From: a bacterium
GTDB lineage: Bacteria > Chlamydiota > Chlamydiia > Chlamydiales > 2-12-FULL-49-11
Direction of reading: 5' to 3'
DNA: 64,000 nt
NCBI GenBank assembly: GCA_021847505.1
Contig: JAJZEO010000072.1
Location: 4,417 to 68,416, forward strand
Both the position numbers and the translations under genes were made by a program. Of this stretch, positions 17,326-26,606 are shown piece after piece; the first letter of the stretch is position 1; each line of letters starts with the position of its first letter. The notes beneath the pieces were generated by a model that saw only the letters and a program-made list of their open reading frames with translations, did no database searches and had not been told where the DNA came from.

Positions 17326-18591
17326 ATGGCTTTTTTACTTCTTATTGTTGGACTTAGCTTATTTCTTGCGACATCGGGTTTTTTTTCCGCTTCAGAGACA
17401 GCGCTTTTCTCCCTTTCACCCATGAAAGTCAGGAGCTTTAGAACGTCCTCATCAAAGCGCTCCCGGCTTATTGCTAATCTTCTTGACCGTCCCAATGATC
17501 TTTTAATCACAATTTTGATGATCAATGTGGCGATCAACATTTGCATACAAAACTTCGTTTCTTCCCTTTTTGGTTCTGAATCAAATTGGTGGATGAATGT
17601 GGGTTTGCCTCTTGTATTGACCCTTCTATTTGGAGAAGCCATCCCCAAATCGATTGCCATTTCGAGGAATGCAAAGATGGCCAAGATTGCCTCTCCCATC
17701 TTGGTTTCTGCAAGATTCTTTTTTGGCCCCATCCGGGTCATCATGAATAAAATTGCCTCACTACTTTCACAGGTCATCTTTTTCTTTTTAAAAAGAGAAG
17801 AAGTGATCTCGATTGATGAATTAGTGCATGCTCTCGAAACTTCTAAAAAGCTAGGAGTGGTATCGACCGATGAAGCCAAACTAATCCATGGTTCGCTCAG
17901 AATTGATGAACTTGTCGTCAAGGAAGTTATGCGTCCAAGGCAAGAGATCCTTGCTTATGACATTCGAGATCCCCTAGATGCTCTTCTTAAACTTTTTATC
18001 GATGAAGAATGTAGTCAAATCCCTGTGATTCAAGGGAGTGTTGATACGATTTATGGTATCGCCACAAGCGATTTATTTTTTCTTCATAGGAAAGAGATTC
18101 ATGAACCACTTGATTTAAAACGATTTATTAGAGAGCCCTTCTTTGTTCCCGAGACATTGACAGCACATCGATTATTGAGTCAATTTCAAGAGAGAAAAGA
18201 AACAATGGCCATCGTTGTAGATGAGTATGGGCAAACTTCAGGTCTTTTGACCAAGGAAGATATTGTAGAAGTGGTGATAGGTCAAATTTCTGATAAAATC
18301 GACACCCAAGCCCCTTTTACAAGACAAAGCGAAGATGTCATCATTTCCAGTGGAAAATTAGAACTTCATGAACTTGAAGAAATCTTCGATGTCCGAATTG
18401 ATACCGCTGATAACATGGTAACGGTAGGGGGATATCTTACAGAAAAATTAGGTGATATTCCGAAAAGTGGGGCTAAGTTTGTGACTGATCAACTCCTTTT
18501 TCATGTCCTTTCTGCCACACCCTCGCGTGTTACCCGCGTCTATATACGTAAATTGAAACCTAAGGAAAGGGGAGGAAAAAGCCATGCATAG
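17326..18591 (+). CDS. CNNM/CorC/HlyC-family transporter (DUF21 + CBS pair + CorC_HlyC)
   Basis: 421 aa with an N-terminal 4-TM DUF21 (SASETALFSLS), a CBS pair (VKEVMRPRQEI...IPV) and a C-terminal transporter-associated domain. Confidence 0.85.
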   Translation: MAFLLLIVGLSLFLATSGFFSASETALFSLSPMKVRSFRTSSSKRSRLIANLLDRPNDLLITILMINVAINICIQNFVSSLFGSESNWWMNVGLPLVLTLLFGEAIPKSIAISRNAKMAKIASPILVSARFFFGPIRVIMNKIASLLSQVIFFFLKREEVISIDELVHALETSKKLGVVSTDEAKLIHGSLRIDELVVKEVMRPRQEILAYDIRDPLDALLKLFIDEECSQIPVIQGSVDTIYGIATSDLFFLHRKEIHEPLDLKRFIREPFFVPETLTAHRLLSQFQERKETMAIVVDEYGQTSGLLTKEDIVEVVIGQISDKIDTQAPFTRQSEDVIISSGKLELHELEEIFDVRIDTADNMVTVGGYLTEKLGDIPKSGAKFVTDQLLFHVLSATPSRVTRVYIRKLKPKERGGKSHA

Positions 18592-19807
18592 TTGGCAAAT
18601 CTTCCTTCTACTTACAATTGGAGCCATCATTCTGCAAGGTTACTTTGCTATGATGGAGATGGCAATCGTCTCATTTAACCGGGTTAGACTTCAATATTAC
18701 GTTGCAAAGGGGAATCGAAAAGCCGTTTGGCTTTCAAAACTCTTGCAAAGACCGACCTACTTGTTTGGTACTACTTTGATTGGGGTTAATTTTTTCCTCC
18801 AACTTGGATCGGAATCGGCACGTCTTTTCTATAGCAGTTTAGGGCTAAACCCTGATTATGCTCTTGCTTCGCAAATCGTTATCGTAGTGCTCTTTGCTGA
18901 GTTGATTCCTCTTTTTGCCGCCCGAAGTCATGCAGAACATGTCACTATGATCGGAATTACTTTTATTTATTTTACTTCAAAACTTCTTTCACCCTTTGTT
19001 TGGCTCCTTGACTTGATTTGTAAGATAGTCGATTGGATTTTTAGATCTCCCCCTGCAAGTCACAACTATTTGACCCGTGAAGAGCTTCAAAGGGCAATCG
19101 AGGGAAAGGATGATCACCTCTTTAATCCTGAGGCTGAACAGCTTGATAAACTTGTACAAAACGTATTTGAGCTCAAAGAGAAAAACCCCACTGAGCTGAT
19201 GATCCCTATTCAAGAAGTCAAAATGATACCTTACAATACCAAGGCGATCCAGGTAAAGCAGATGTTGGAGAAGACCTATTTTCCCTACATGCCGCTTTAT
19301 TATCTTCGTGAGGAAAACGTAGTCGGCATCATCTACTCAAGAGACCTCTTGCGTCTCGATGATGAAGCCCAAATCCGAGACATTGCCAAGTCGCCCTGGT
19401 TTATCACGGAAAGAAACTCCCTCCTTCAAATCATCAAGCAATTTCGATGGAATAATCAACATCTAGCCATTGTACTTAATGACAATGGAGGAGCTTCGGG
19501 CATTCTCACCCTTGATGCGATTATCGAACGAATCTTTGATCACAGACAAGCCCGCGAAGTGATCTCCTCTAGAACGCAAATTTTAGTAAATCGGTCCTTT
19601 TCAGCAGAGATGAATGTGACCGAAGTGAATCGACTATTAGGGATCAACTTACCAGAAGGCAAGGAAGAAACTCTCGAAGAACTCATGTCAGAATATCTTG
19701 GCCGAACGGCTCAAAAGAAAGAATCGGTCAAAGTGGGAAACTTCCGTCTCACCCTGGAAGAAGTTCCCCTCCTCGCTGATAAAAAAATTCGAGTCGAATC
19801 AATCTAG
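18584..19807 (+). CDS. CNNM/CorC/HlyC-family transporter, tandem paralogue
   Basis: 407 aa with the same DUF21 + CBS + CorC_HlyC layout. It overlaps the previous gene by 8 nt. Confidence 0.85.
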   Translation: MHSWQIFLLLTIGAIILQGYFAMMEMAIVSFNRVRLQYYVAKGNRKAVWLSKLLQRPTYLFGTTLIGVNFFLQLGSESARLFYSSLGLNPDYALASQIVIVVLFAELIPLFAARSHAEHVTMIGITFIYFTSKLLSPFVWLLDLICKIVDWIFRSPPASHNYLTREELQRAIEGKDDHLFNPEAEQLDKLVQNVFELKEKNPTELMIPIQEVKMIPYNTKAIQVKQMLEKTYFPYMPLYYLREENVVGIIYSRDLLRLDDEAQIRDIAKSPWFITERNSLLQIIKQFRWNNQHLAIVLNDNGGASGILTLDAIIERIFDHRQAREVISSRTQILVNRSFSAEMNVTEVNRLLGINLPEGKEETLEELMSEYLGRTAQKKESVKVGNFRLTLEEVPLLADKKIRVESI

Positions 19808-20896
19808 GACGGACTTTAGTAATTGTGCTCCTTTCTCGACTTCGTCTAAGGTGTTGAGTCGGGAGAAAGAAAAGCGAATAGAGCTTTGGATGCGACTTTT
19901 ATTAAATCCCATCGCCCTTAAGACGTGAGATGTGTGGATGGTGCCAGCGGAGCAGGCAGAACCTACGCTAGCAATCAAGCCAGCTTGATCGAGTTTGATC
20001 ATCATCAGTTCAGCATCTTGATCGGTAAAGCTAATGTTAGTAGTATTGGGGACTCTGGGGCCGGCTCCATTGATTTCAAAAGGAATATGCAATTGACGGA
20101 GTCTGTTTTCAAAGGTTTCTCTAAGAAGGCACATGTGAGAAAAGTGTAATTCGTTGATGATTTCGATTGCCTTGCCTAGGCCCAAGATGGCGGGGGTATT
20201 TTCGGTGCCAGCCCGCATATCATGTTCCTGGTGCCCTCCTTTAAAGAGTGGGGGGATGCGGTGCTTTTTTCGAATGATGGCGAGTCCTGATCCCTTTGGA
20301 CCATGAATTTTATGTCCGGAAAATGAGATGGCAGCAATTTCTTTGGGGAGGGGAAATAGATTTTCTCTGCCTAGAAGGACGACACCGTCAATCAATAGGG
20401 GGATTTTTCGATCCTTGGAAATTTGACACATGGCATCAAGGTCGATTTTGACACCGGTTTCATTATTAGCACCTGTGAGAAAGATAAAGGAGGTGTGAGG
20501 TTTGATCGCTTCTTCGACTTGGGAAGGGGTGACAGCACCGTAAGCGTCGACGGGGAGGAAGGTTTTCTCGCCAGGAAGATCTTCAATGGGTCTTAAGACG
20601 CAAGAATGTTCAATTTGAGAGGTGATCACATGGCCAGGCTTGAGTTTTGAAAATCCTTGGATGAGCATCAGGTTACTTTCGGTGGCACCTGAGGTAAAGG
20701 TGACTTCTTCGGGGGAAACGCCAAATCGCTGTGCGATGGTATGTCTTACGCTTGCAATCCGGGCTCGTCCTTCACGTCCATAGCTAGTAATGCTAGAGGG
20801 ATTGCGAGGAATGCCATCAAGCTCTTCCATCATGGTGGCGATGACTTCCGGTAGAGGGGGAGTTGTCGCATTATTATCAAAGAATATCTTAAACAA
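19799..20896 (-). CDS. Cysteine desulfurase / class V aminotransferase (NifS-like)
   Basis: 365 aa with the PLP-lysine motif SFSGHKIHGPKGSG and the catalytic-loop GSACSAG. Confidence 0.85.
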   Translation of the reverse strand: MFKIFFDNNATTPPLPEVIATMMEELDGIPRNPSSITSYGREGRARIASVRHTIAQRFGVSPEEVTFTSGATESNLMLIQGFSKLKPGHVITSQIEHSCVLRPIEDLPGEKTFLPVDAYGAVTPSQVEEAIKPHTSFIFLTGANNETGVKIDLDAMCQISKDRKIPLLIDGVVLLGRENLFPLPKEIAAISFSGHKIHGPKGSGLAIIRKKHRIPPLFKGGHQEHDMRAGTENTPAILGLGKAIEIINELHFSHMCLLRETFENRLRQLHIPFEINGAGPRVPNTTNISFTDQDAELMMIKLDQAGLIASVGSACSAGTIHTSHVLRAMGFNKSRIQSSIRFSFSRLNTLDEVEKGAQLLKSVLD

Positions 20897-21650
20897 TTTG
20901 TACTAGCACTAGAGTAATGTTATCGTGCCCGCCGCCAGCCTTGGCCATCAAAATGAGCTCATTTCCCGAATCATCGAGAGAATGGCTATGCTTGAGAACG
21001 CTTTCTATTGTTTCGTCTTCGACACAATCCGAAAGGCCATCAGAACAAATCAGGTAAAGATCTCCCAGTTGGGCGTCTATTTCACCCACTTCCGGAGCTA
21101 CCAGAATCGAGGTTCCAATTGCTTGTGCGAGCATTTTTCTGCCCAATTGTATACGATCTTCCGATTCTTGGACAGCGAGATCTTCGTCGACTCCAAAGGA
21201 GGGAATGCTTGAAACAACCTGGTCTTTGGTGATTTGGGTCAGTTTCCCATCTCGAAAGCGATAAATGCGGCTATCTCCTACATGCGAATAAAGTATTTTA
21301 TTATTGAAGAAAAGCAGAGAGCTGAGGGTAGTGCCCATGCCGAAAAGTGCTGGGTCACTGGCACCTAAGTGGTGGACCCAAAGATTGGTATTTTCAACGA
21401 GGGCAATAAGATGGGATTTTAAGTCATCGCTTGAGAGGGTTGAATGAGGGGAGATAAGGAGGCTTTGCATAGCTGAGCACATATATTCAACGGCTCTTGA
21501 GGCTGCGACCTCACCGGCATTGTGTCCCCCCATGCCATCAGCGAGGACAAAGAAGCGCTCTTTTTCCAAGAGACGAAATACGTCCTCGTTGTTGTCCCGT
21601 TTGAGACCAACGTCAGAGATTCCGTGACTTCTTATCGAAAGTGCAGACAT
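20889..21650 (-). CDS. PP2C-family Ser/Thr protein phosphatase
   Basis: 253 aa with RDNNEDVF, LADGMGGHNAGEVAS, ICSDGLSD and GGHDNITLV. It overlaps the desulfurase gene by 8 nt. Confidence 0.9.
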   Translation of the reverse strand: MSALSIRSHGISDVGLKRDNNEDVFRLLEKERFFVLADGMGGHNAGEVAASRAVEYMCSAMQSLLISPHSTLSSDDLKSHLIALVENTNLWVHHLGASDPALFGMGTTLSSLLFFNNKILYSHVGDSRIYRFRDGKLTQITKDQVVSSIPSFGVDEDLAVQESEDRIQLGRKMLAQAIGTSILVAPEVGEIDAQLGDLYLICSDGLSDCVEDETIESVLKHSHSLDDSGNELILMAKAGGGHDNITLVLVQIV

Positions 21651-21676
21651 GCCTCTTTCCCCACCACCAACTATCG

Positions 21677-22504
21677 CTAGTTTAAAATAATTCTCATAAC
21701 ACTTATTAAATTGAATGTCACGTGTAAAACAATCGGTGAAAAGAGAGAACGGGATTTTTCATAGACAAACCCTAGGTAACATCCGAAGGTAAATAGACTG
21801 ACAATGAGAGGGATATTTGTCCAATCTTGCCTAGGCGAGAAGTGAAGAAGAGCAAATGCTAGAGCAGCAATAAAAATTGCAGGTATAGGTCCAGCTTTGC
21901 GCCTGATCCATGATTGAAGAACACCTCGAAAAAGATATTCCTCAAGAATGGGGGCAAATAGCAAAATGGAAATGAGAATGGTGATCAGTGCAATAGGCGA
22001 TGAGAGAGACTGTTTTAATGCTTCGACAGCAATTTGGTCTGTTTCAGGATTGCCTGCAAACATGGAGGTAAGGATTTCGGCTAATTGGGAAAATGAAATT
22101 ACGGTTGGTGTAGCAATCAACCAGGTCAAAGCTCCTAGAAGAACGTCATATTTAAGAGAGCGATTGCCAGGAAATTGAGGGTCTTTAAAGATCTTTAGCA
22201 TGGTAGAATGATCTTGGAATAAATCATAGACGAAGAGGCAGACCACTGTGAGAATAAAAGCAATAAAGTGAACAACTGAGGCGAGGACGTGGGTTCTTTC
22301 TGCAAGATAGGGTGATTTATGAAGAATGATCATGATCGTGGGACCGAGAAATAGATAGACACCGAAAAATAGTAAAAATGAAACGATGACGTCCTTAATG
22401 GATAATGCAGGTCCAGAAAATTTCCGAAATGGGAGGGCAAAATAGCGCCTAATATAGGCAATCCAGGAGACTGCTACTGCAACGGTCAAGAACGTAAGAA
22501 ACAC
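21677..22504 (-). CDS. CPBP (CAAX) family intramembrane glutamic endopeptidase
   Basis: 275 aa and polytopic, with APILEEYLFRG, FALLH and HVTFN motifs. Confidence 0.8.
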   Translation of the reverse strand: MFLTFLTVAVAVSWIAYIRRYFALPFRKFSGPALSIKDVIVSFLLFFGVYLFLGPTIMIILHKSPYLAERTHVLASVVHFIAFILTVVCLFVYDLFQDHSTMLKIFKDPQFPGNRSLKYDVLLGALTWLIATPTVISFSQLAEILTSMFAGNPETDQIAVEALKQSLSSPIALITILISILLFAPILEEYLFRGVLQSWIRRKAGPIPAIFIAALAFALLHFSPRQDWTNIPLIVSLFTFGCYLGFVYEKSRSLFSPIVLHVTFNLISVMRIILN

Positions 22505-22555
22505 AACGAATTCTTCTACGAAATTTTGTCCCAGGATGCCTCTCCTTGTACCCCT

Positions 22556-23215
22556 CTAATGTAACTTTGCCAGCATGATATAATCTTCTACTTGCTTGGC
22601 GATACGTTTAATGATTTTGCCATGGGCCATTCCGATGGGGGAGAGAGCAAAGGCCTTTTTGTTCCAGCCACCTTTTTGGTAGTCAATGGAGGAAAAACGC
22701 CAGGGAATGTAGTAGTTCCCTTGAACGAGTTCTTGGAGAATCACCTTGGGTTTCTTTTCTCTAAGGTCAATCACTTTAATCCGCATGGCTACATCTAGAG
22801 AGTAGGTTTGGAATAATTTAAATCCGCTTTCGCCATTTGTCGGAGTAAGGTTGTGTTGAACCAACTCGATGAAAATGATGAATTCAGTCCCTGTATCGAC
22901 TTCCCCCAACCAGCTTATGTCATCAAGAAATGGATTAATTTCTTGAAGGGGGAGTCGGTTGACTCCTAACATTTCAAAGTCGGTAGTCATGTAAAATTTC
23001 CCAGAAAGAAAGATCTTTTCTTCAAAAGCTTCAGTTAATTCATGGGAGAGATTCCAGGGCATTTCAGCATGACTTTTATCATAAACGGGGACCATGGCAA
23101 CTTTAGGTTTCGGCACTCCATCGTCATGATAATGAAATTGCTGTGTATAAGTGGGATTTCTAGTTGTACAACTTGTAAAGAGAAAAATCAGTGAAATCCC
23201 TAACAATTTTCGCAT
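22556..23215 (-). CDS. Putative lipoprotein
   Basis: The internal Met gives MRKLLGISLIFLFTSCTT, a signal peptide with a lipobox Cys. The rest has no recognised motif. The track ORF extends to 23266, overlapping the glgX stop. Confidence 0.55.
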   Translation of the reverse strand: MRKLLGISLIFLFTSCTTRNPTYTQQFHYHDDGVPKPKVAMVPVYDKSHAEMPWNLSHELTEAFEEKIFLSGKFYMTTDFEMLGVNRLPLQEINPFLDDISWLGEVDTGTEFIIFIELVQHNLTPTNGESGFKLFQTYSLDVAMRIKVIDLREKKPKVILQELVQGNYYIPWRFSSIDYQKGGWNKKAFALSPIGMAHGKIIKRIAKQVEDYIMLAKLH

Positions 23216-23262
23216 GGATATGCCTCCAAAAGTGTGGAATATAGCAAATTTGACAACGCCAA

Positions 23263-25125
23263 TCAAGGGCGAATTGCAATTAGGGAGGAATGGGACTCAA
23301 GAAGAAGTGAGGGGGTTTTGGCAGAAGACAATATTGGAAGCCAAATCCCTGGAAGTTTTTGAGACAGGTCGAATGAAGCTGGACGGTTGTTAAAAGCTAC
23401 GATCATCTGATCATCGTAGCAAATCACAACGACCCCATTTTCTTTTACAATGGGGTGAACTTCTTTAGCGGGTAGCACTCGGTGTTTTCTCAATTCACAC
23501 AGTGCTGAAATGAGAGCCTGTTCTTCTGATTTATTTTTCCAATTAAACCAATTGATCGGGCCATCCTGACAATAAGGATTGTTGTTTCCTTTATGACTAA
23601 GGCCATTTTCATCGCCCATGGTGATCATAGGAATGCCTATTGCCATTAGATTGGCAATGTGAAAATTTTTTCTCGTCCGTAAGCGTAGATCAAGAATGTG
23701 ATAATCGTATGTTGCCCCCTCAACCCCCCAATTGTTTGAAGCATTGTAATTATCTCCATCTCGATTTTCTTCTTTGTTGGCCTCATTGTGTTTTTTAGAA
23801 TAGGATACTAAATCGGCCAAGGAAAATCCATCATGTGATGTGGGGTAGTGGACGATATGACGAGTGTTTTTAAGTTTGCCAAAGAGATCGGGGAAGCCCA
23901 ATAAGGCATTGGCAAATTCCCCCTCATTATGTTGATTCAAATTGAGAAATCGGCGTGCGGCGTATCTATATTCTCCATTCCACTCCGATAGTTTGGTATG
24001 TCCAAGTTTTCCTACTAAATTGGTCCCTACTGCATCCCAAGGTTCAGCGGTAAAAAATTTATCTTTTAAGATATCATCTTGAAAAATAGCTTGGTAAAGT
24101 GGAGGATGTTCCAAAATTTTTCCCGATTTTCCTCTAGCAAGAGCGCCTCCTAAGTCAAATCGAAAGCCGTCGACATGAAATTCTTCAACAAAGTAACGTA
24201 ACGAGGAGAGGATCAAATTGATAGAAGGGTTGCTGTTGGCATTGATCGAGTTTCCGCAACCTGTATAGTTTGTGTGAGTGCCATCTGGATCGAGTAAAAA
24301 ATATTCATTGAGTCCAATAGCTTCAAGGTTCATTAGCGGCGAAACGTGGTTGTAAACAACATCTAAGAAAACCAAAATGCCCGCTTTGTGAAGCTCTTTA
24401 ACCAAAGTTTGAAACTCAACAATGACCGCAAGTCTTGAACTATTTGAGGCAAAACGCTTCATGATGGCAAAAAAATGGGTGGAGTTGTAGCCCCAGTAGT
24501 TTACCAGCCCATTCTTTTGTTGTTCTCCCTCATCGAACTCAAAGATGGGCATCAATTCAATTGCATTCACACCTAATTGTTTCAAGTAGGGAATCTTCTC
24601 GATAATTCCCAAAAAGGTACCTCTTCTTAGGACTTTGCTAGAAGGGTCTTCTGTAAAGCCCCTTACATGCATTTCGTAGATAACCAACTCTTCATGCTTG
24701 ATCTTGGGGGCCGTCACCCCCTCCCAGTTAAACGAATGGTCAAATGTAAATTGCCCTCTTCTGTAAAGGGGGTTGTTAAGCCATTCGCTGGAGGTAGAAA
24801 TTGCCTTAGCAAATGGATCTACAACCTCTACATCGTCAATCAGATAAGAATAGGTTGATTCCGGAGAAGGAAGGGGAATGGCTCCCCACCATAGTTGATC
24901 TTTATTTTTTGTTAACGGAAATTTTTGAATTTGCTTTTTCCCATCAGGAGAATAGAGGAGAAAAAAAATGGATTGAGCTTGCGAAGAAAAAATAGAGAAC
25001 TCTAAGTAGTTATTAATACTTAACGGGCCTTGCGTAAGCGGCTTGTAGCACATTTCAGGCTGATGGTTGTTAGGGTCATTCTGGTCCATATAGGTTAAAA
25101 TTAGCCAAAATTTGTGAAAAATCAT
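23263..25125 (-). CDS. glgX: Glycogen debranching enzyme (isoamylase, GH13 with N-terminal CBM48)
   Basis: 620 aa with GH13 regions VVYNHV, GFRFDLGGAL, EPWD and PTSHDGF. The start is uncertain (alternative Met at 25089). Confidence 0.9.
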   Translation of the reverse strand: MIFHKFWLILTYMDQNDPNNHQPEMCYKPLTQGPLSINNYLEFSIFSSQAQSIFFLLYSPDGKKQIQKFPLTKNKDQLWWGAIPLPSPESTYSYLIDDVEVVDPFAKAISTSSEWLNNPLYRRGQFTFDHSFNWEGVTAPKIKHEELVIYEMHVRGFTEDPSSKVLRRGTFLGIIEKIPYLKQLGVNAIELMPIFEFDEGEQQKNGLVNYWGYNSTHFFAIMKRFASNSSRLAVIVEFQTLVKELHKAGILVFLDVVYNHVSPLMNLEAIGLNEYFLLDPDGTHTNYTGCGNSINANSNPSINLILSSLRYFVEEFHVDGFRFDLGGALARGKSGKILEHPPLYQAIFQDDILKDKFFTAEPWDAVGTNLVGKLGHTKLSEWNGEYRYAARRFLNLNQHNEGEFANALLGFPDLFGKLKNTRHIVHYPTSHDGFSLADLVSYSKKHNEANKEENRDGDNYNASNNWGVEGATYDYHILDLRLRTRKNFHIANLMAIGIPMITMGDENGLSHKGNNNPYCQDGPINWFNWKNKSEEQALISALCELRKHRVLPAKEVHPIVKENGVVVICYDDQMIVAFNNRPASFDLSQKLPGIWLPILSSAKTPSLLLESHSSLIAIRP

Positions 25126-25169
25126 AGAAAAAAATTGCTTAATTTGGTATGAATGAGCAAGTTTAATTA

Positions 25170-25198
25170 TTGAGAATGAAACTAAAAGGGTGTATAAT
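25170..25198 (+). promoter_or_regulatory. Sigma-70/66-type promoter candidate for the T3S chaperone gene
   Basis: TTGAGA (25170-25175), a 17-nt spacer, then TATAAT (25193-25198). A strong SD AAGGAGGG lies at 25295-25302, ahead of the ATG at 25306. Confidence 0.5.
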
Positions 25199-25305
25199 AG
25201 GGTCTGCTAGTGCAGGTCTTTAAAGAAGCTAAACACAATTGGTTGTGGGAGGGCTCTTGAATATACATAGCCGCAAGCAAAACAGTTAATCCCTAAGGAG
25301 GGCGA

Positions 25306-25827
25306 ATGTCTCTAGAAAACGCCGAACACAACTTGAAAGAATTTGGCAAAGAGCTGAATCTAGAAGGCTTAGCGTTTGATGAAAACCATACTTGTATACT
25401 TGGGATCGATAATACGTTCTCGCTCCACTTGACGTATGAGCCTAATTCTGATCGACTTTATCTTTATTCACCGATTTTGGATGGACTTCCACAGGACCCA
25501 AAAACTAGATTGCAGCTCTATGAGGCTCTATTAGAAGGCTCTATGCTTGGCGGCCAAATGGCTGGAGGCGGCATTGGGGTGGCCACTAAGGAAGAGTTGA
25601 TTTTGATGCACTGTGTCCTTGAAATGGCATCTGCCGATCCTTCAACACTTCGTCGTTTTGCGCCTATTTTCGTCGAAGCGGTAGAGAGATGGAGAGATAT
25701 TGCAACTAAGATTGTTGAGGGACGATACGATAAAGATCGTGATGGACCAAAGCTTCCCTCTGGTGCCCCAGGACGTCCACAAAGTGGTGGTCATCAAAAG
25801 CCTGGTGATTCTTACATTAAAATCTAA
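25306..25827 (+). CDS. slc1: Type III secretion chaperone, chlamydial Slc1 (CT043) family, CesT/SycE-like
   Basis: 173 aa. The strongly conserved core ...LTYEPNSDRLYLYSPILDGLP...LYEALLEGSMLGGQMAGGGIGVATKEELILMHCVLEM... is what I recognise as the Slc1/CT043 family. It is divergent from glgX, as in Chlamydia. The C-terminal tail is Gly/Pro-rich. Confidence 0.85.
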   Translation: MSLENAEHNLKEFGKELNLEGLAFDENHTCILGIDNTFSLHLTYEPNSDRLYLYSPILDGLPQDPKTRLQLYEALLEGSMLGGQMAGGGIGVATKEELILMHCVLEMASADPSTLRRFAPIFVEAVERWRDIATKIVEGRYDKDRDGPKLPSGAPGRPQSGGHQKPGDSYIKI

Positions 25828-25841
25828 CACGCGCTTAGAAT

Positions 25842-25883
25842 ATGCCCCGGGTTATCCTTAAGACATCCAGGGGCATTTTTTTT
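25842..25883 (+). terminator. Rho-independent terminator after slc1
   Basis: ATGCCCC(G)GG ... CC(A)GGGGCAT forms a 7-bp perfect GC-rich stem, plus 2 bp beyond one mismatch, with a 15-nt loop. It runs into T8 (25876-25883). Confidence 0.6.
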
Positions 25884-25889
25884 ATATTT

Positions 25890-26600
25890 ATGACGCTTGA
25901 TTCATCTATTAATTTCACGTTGCAGATTCTCACTTTGTCCGTTTCTTCTCATGTGACAGAAGGGCTTTGTAAAATAGCAGGATTTGAGTGCCTAAGACAC
26001 GGGACTACTCCAGGCCATTATTGGTCCATTGTAAAAAATGGAGCTGATCCAGAGATTGCTAAAGCGATTGGCACGCACCAAGGTGAGAGTAAATTTTTTC
26101 TTTTAAGGGACTCTGATAAGGTTACTTGTTTTGATAAACTTCGTTGGCCACGTGTTTATGCTGCAGGGCAGGCTTTTTGTTCCACTCCAAAGGCTTTAAG
26201 AGCCTTTACGAATAATACTAGTGTAATTGCTCCAGCTACACTCATCTACACATTTCTAAATTTTGTTTGTCCTCCCACGGTTCGTTTTGTATATAGAAAA
26301 TCTGAAATCGAGGAAGGAGATATTTTTCAGAGGGATGGAGTGGCAGAGACAGCAAAAAGATTGAACCCCTTAATTGGTCAAAGCGAACTGGACTATTATG
26401 AAAGATTAGGGGGCATTGCTGTAGAAACTATTCAACGCCTACCAACGAACCGCATAGGATTGGTAGGTATTTGCGCTCAGATAAAGCTCGAAGATGTTTC
26501 AGGTGCTCTTAAAAGAGATCCCCTACGCGTTATCACTGGTGTGGCTGAATTGGCGATCGGTTTAGCGATTACTTATTATGGGTACGGATTGGTTCTTTAA
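25890..26600 (+). CDS. Hypothetical protein with a C-terminal hydrophobic anchor
   Basis: The track ORF starts at 25842, but that ATG is the 5' arm of the terminator hairpin. The ATG at 25890 (MTLDSSINF...) follows the T-tract. The C-terminus VITGVAELAIGLAITYYGYGLVL is a TM-like tail. No motif recognised. Confidence 0.5.
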   Translation: MTLDSSINFTLQILTLSVSSHVTEGLCKIAGFECLRHGTTPGHYWSIVKNGADPEIAKAIGTHQGESKFFLLRDSDKVTCFDKLRWPRVYAAGQAFCSTPKALRAFTNNTSVIAPATLIYTFLNFVCPPTVRFVYRKSEIEEGDIFQRDGVAETAKRLNPLIGQSELDYYERLGGIAVETIQRLPTNRIGLVGICAQIKLEDVSGALKRDPLRVITGVAELAIGLAITYYGYGLVL

Positions 26601-26606
26601 AGCTTT

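Noticed and set aside
17307-17921. 204-aa minus-strand ORF
   Set aside because: It lies entirely antisense to the N-terminal DUF21 membrane domain of the first CNNM transporter, whose motifs are clear. The translation is Ser/Lys/Met-rich and shadow-like.
25842-25889. Upstream ATG (25842) as the start of the 252-aa ORF
   Set aside because: That ATG forms the 5' arm of the GC-rich terminator hairpin that follows slc1, so translation from it is unlikely. The ATG at 25890, just after the T-tract, was preferred.
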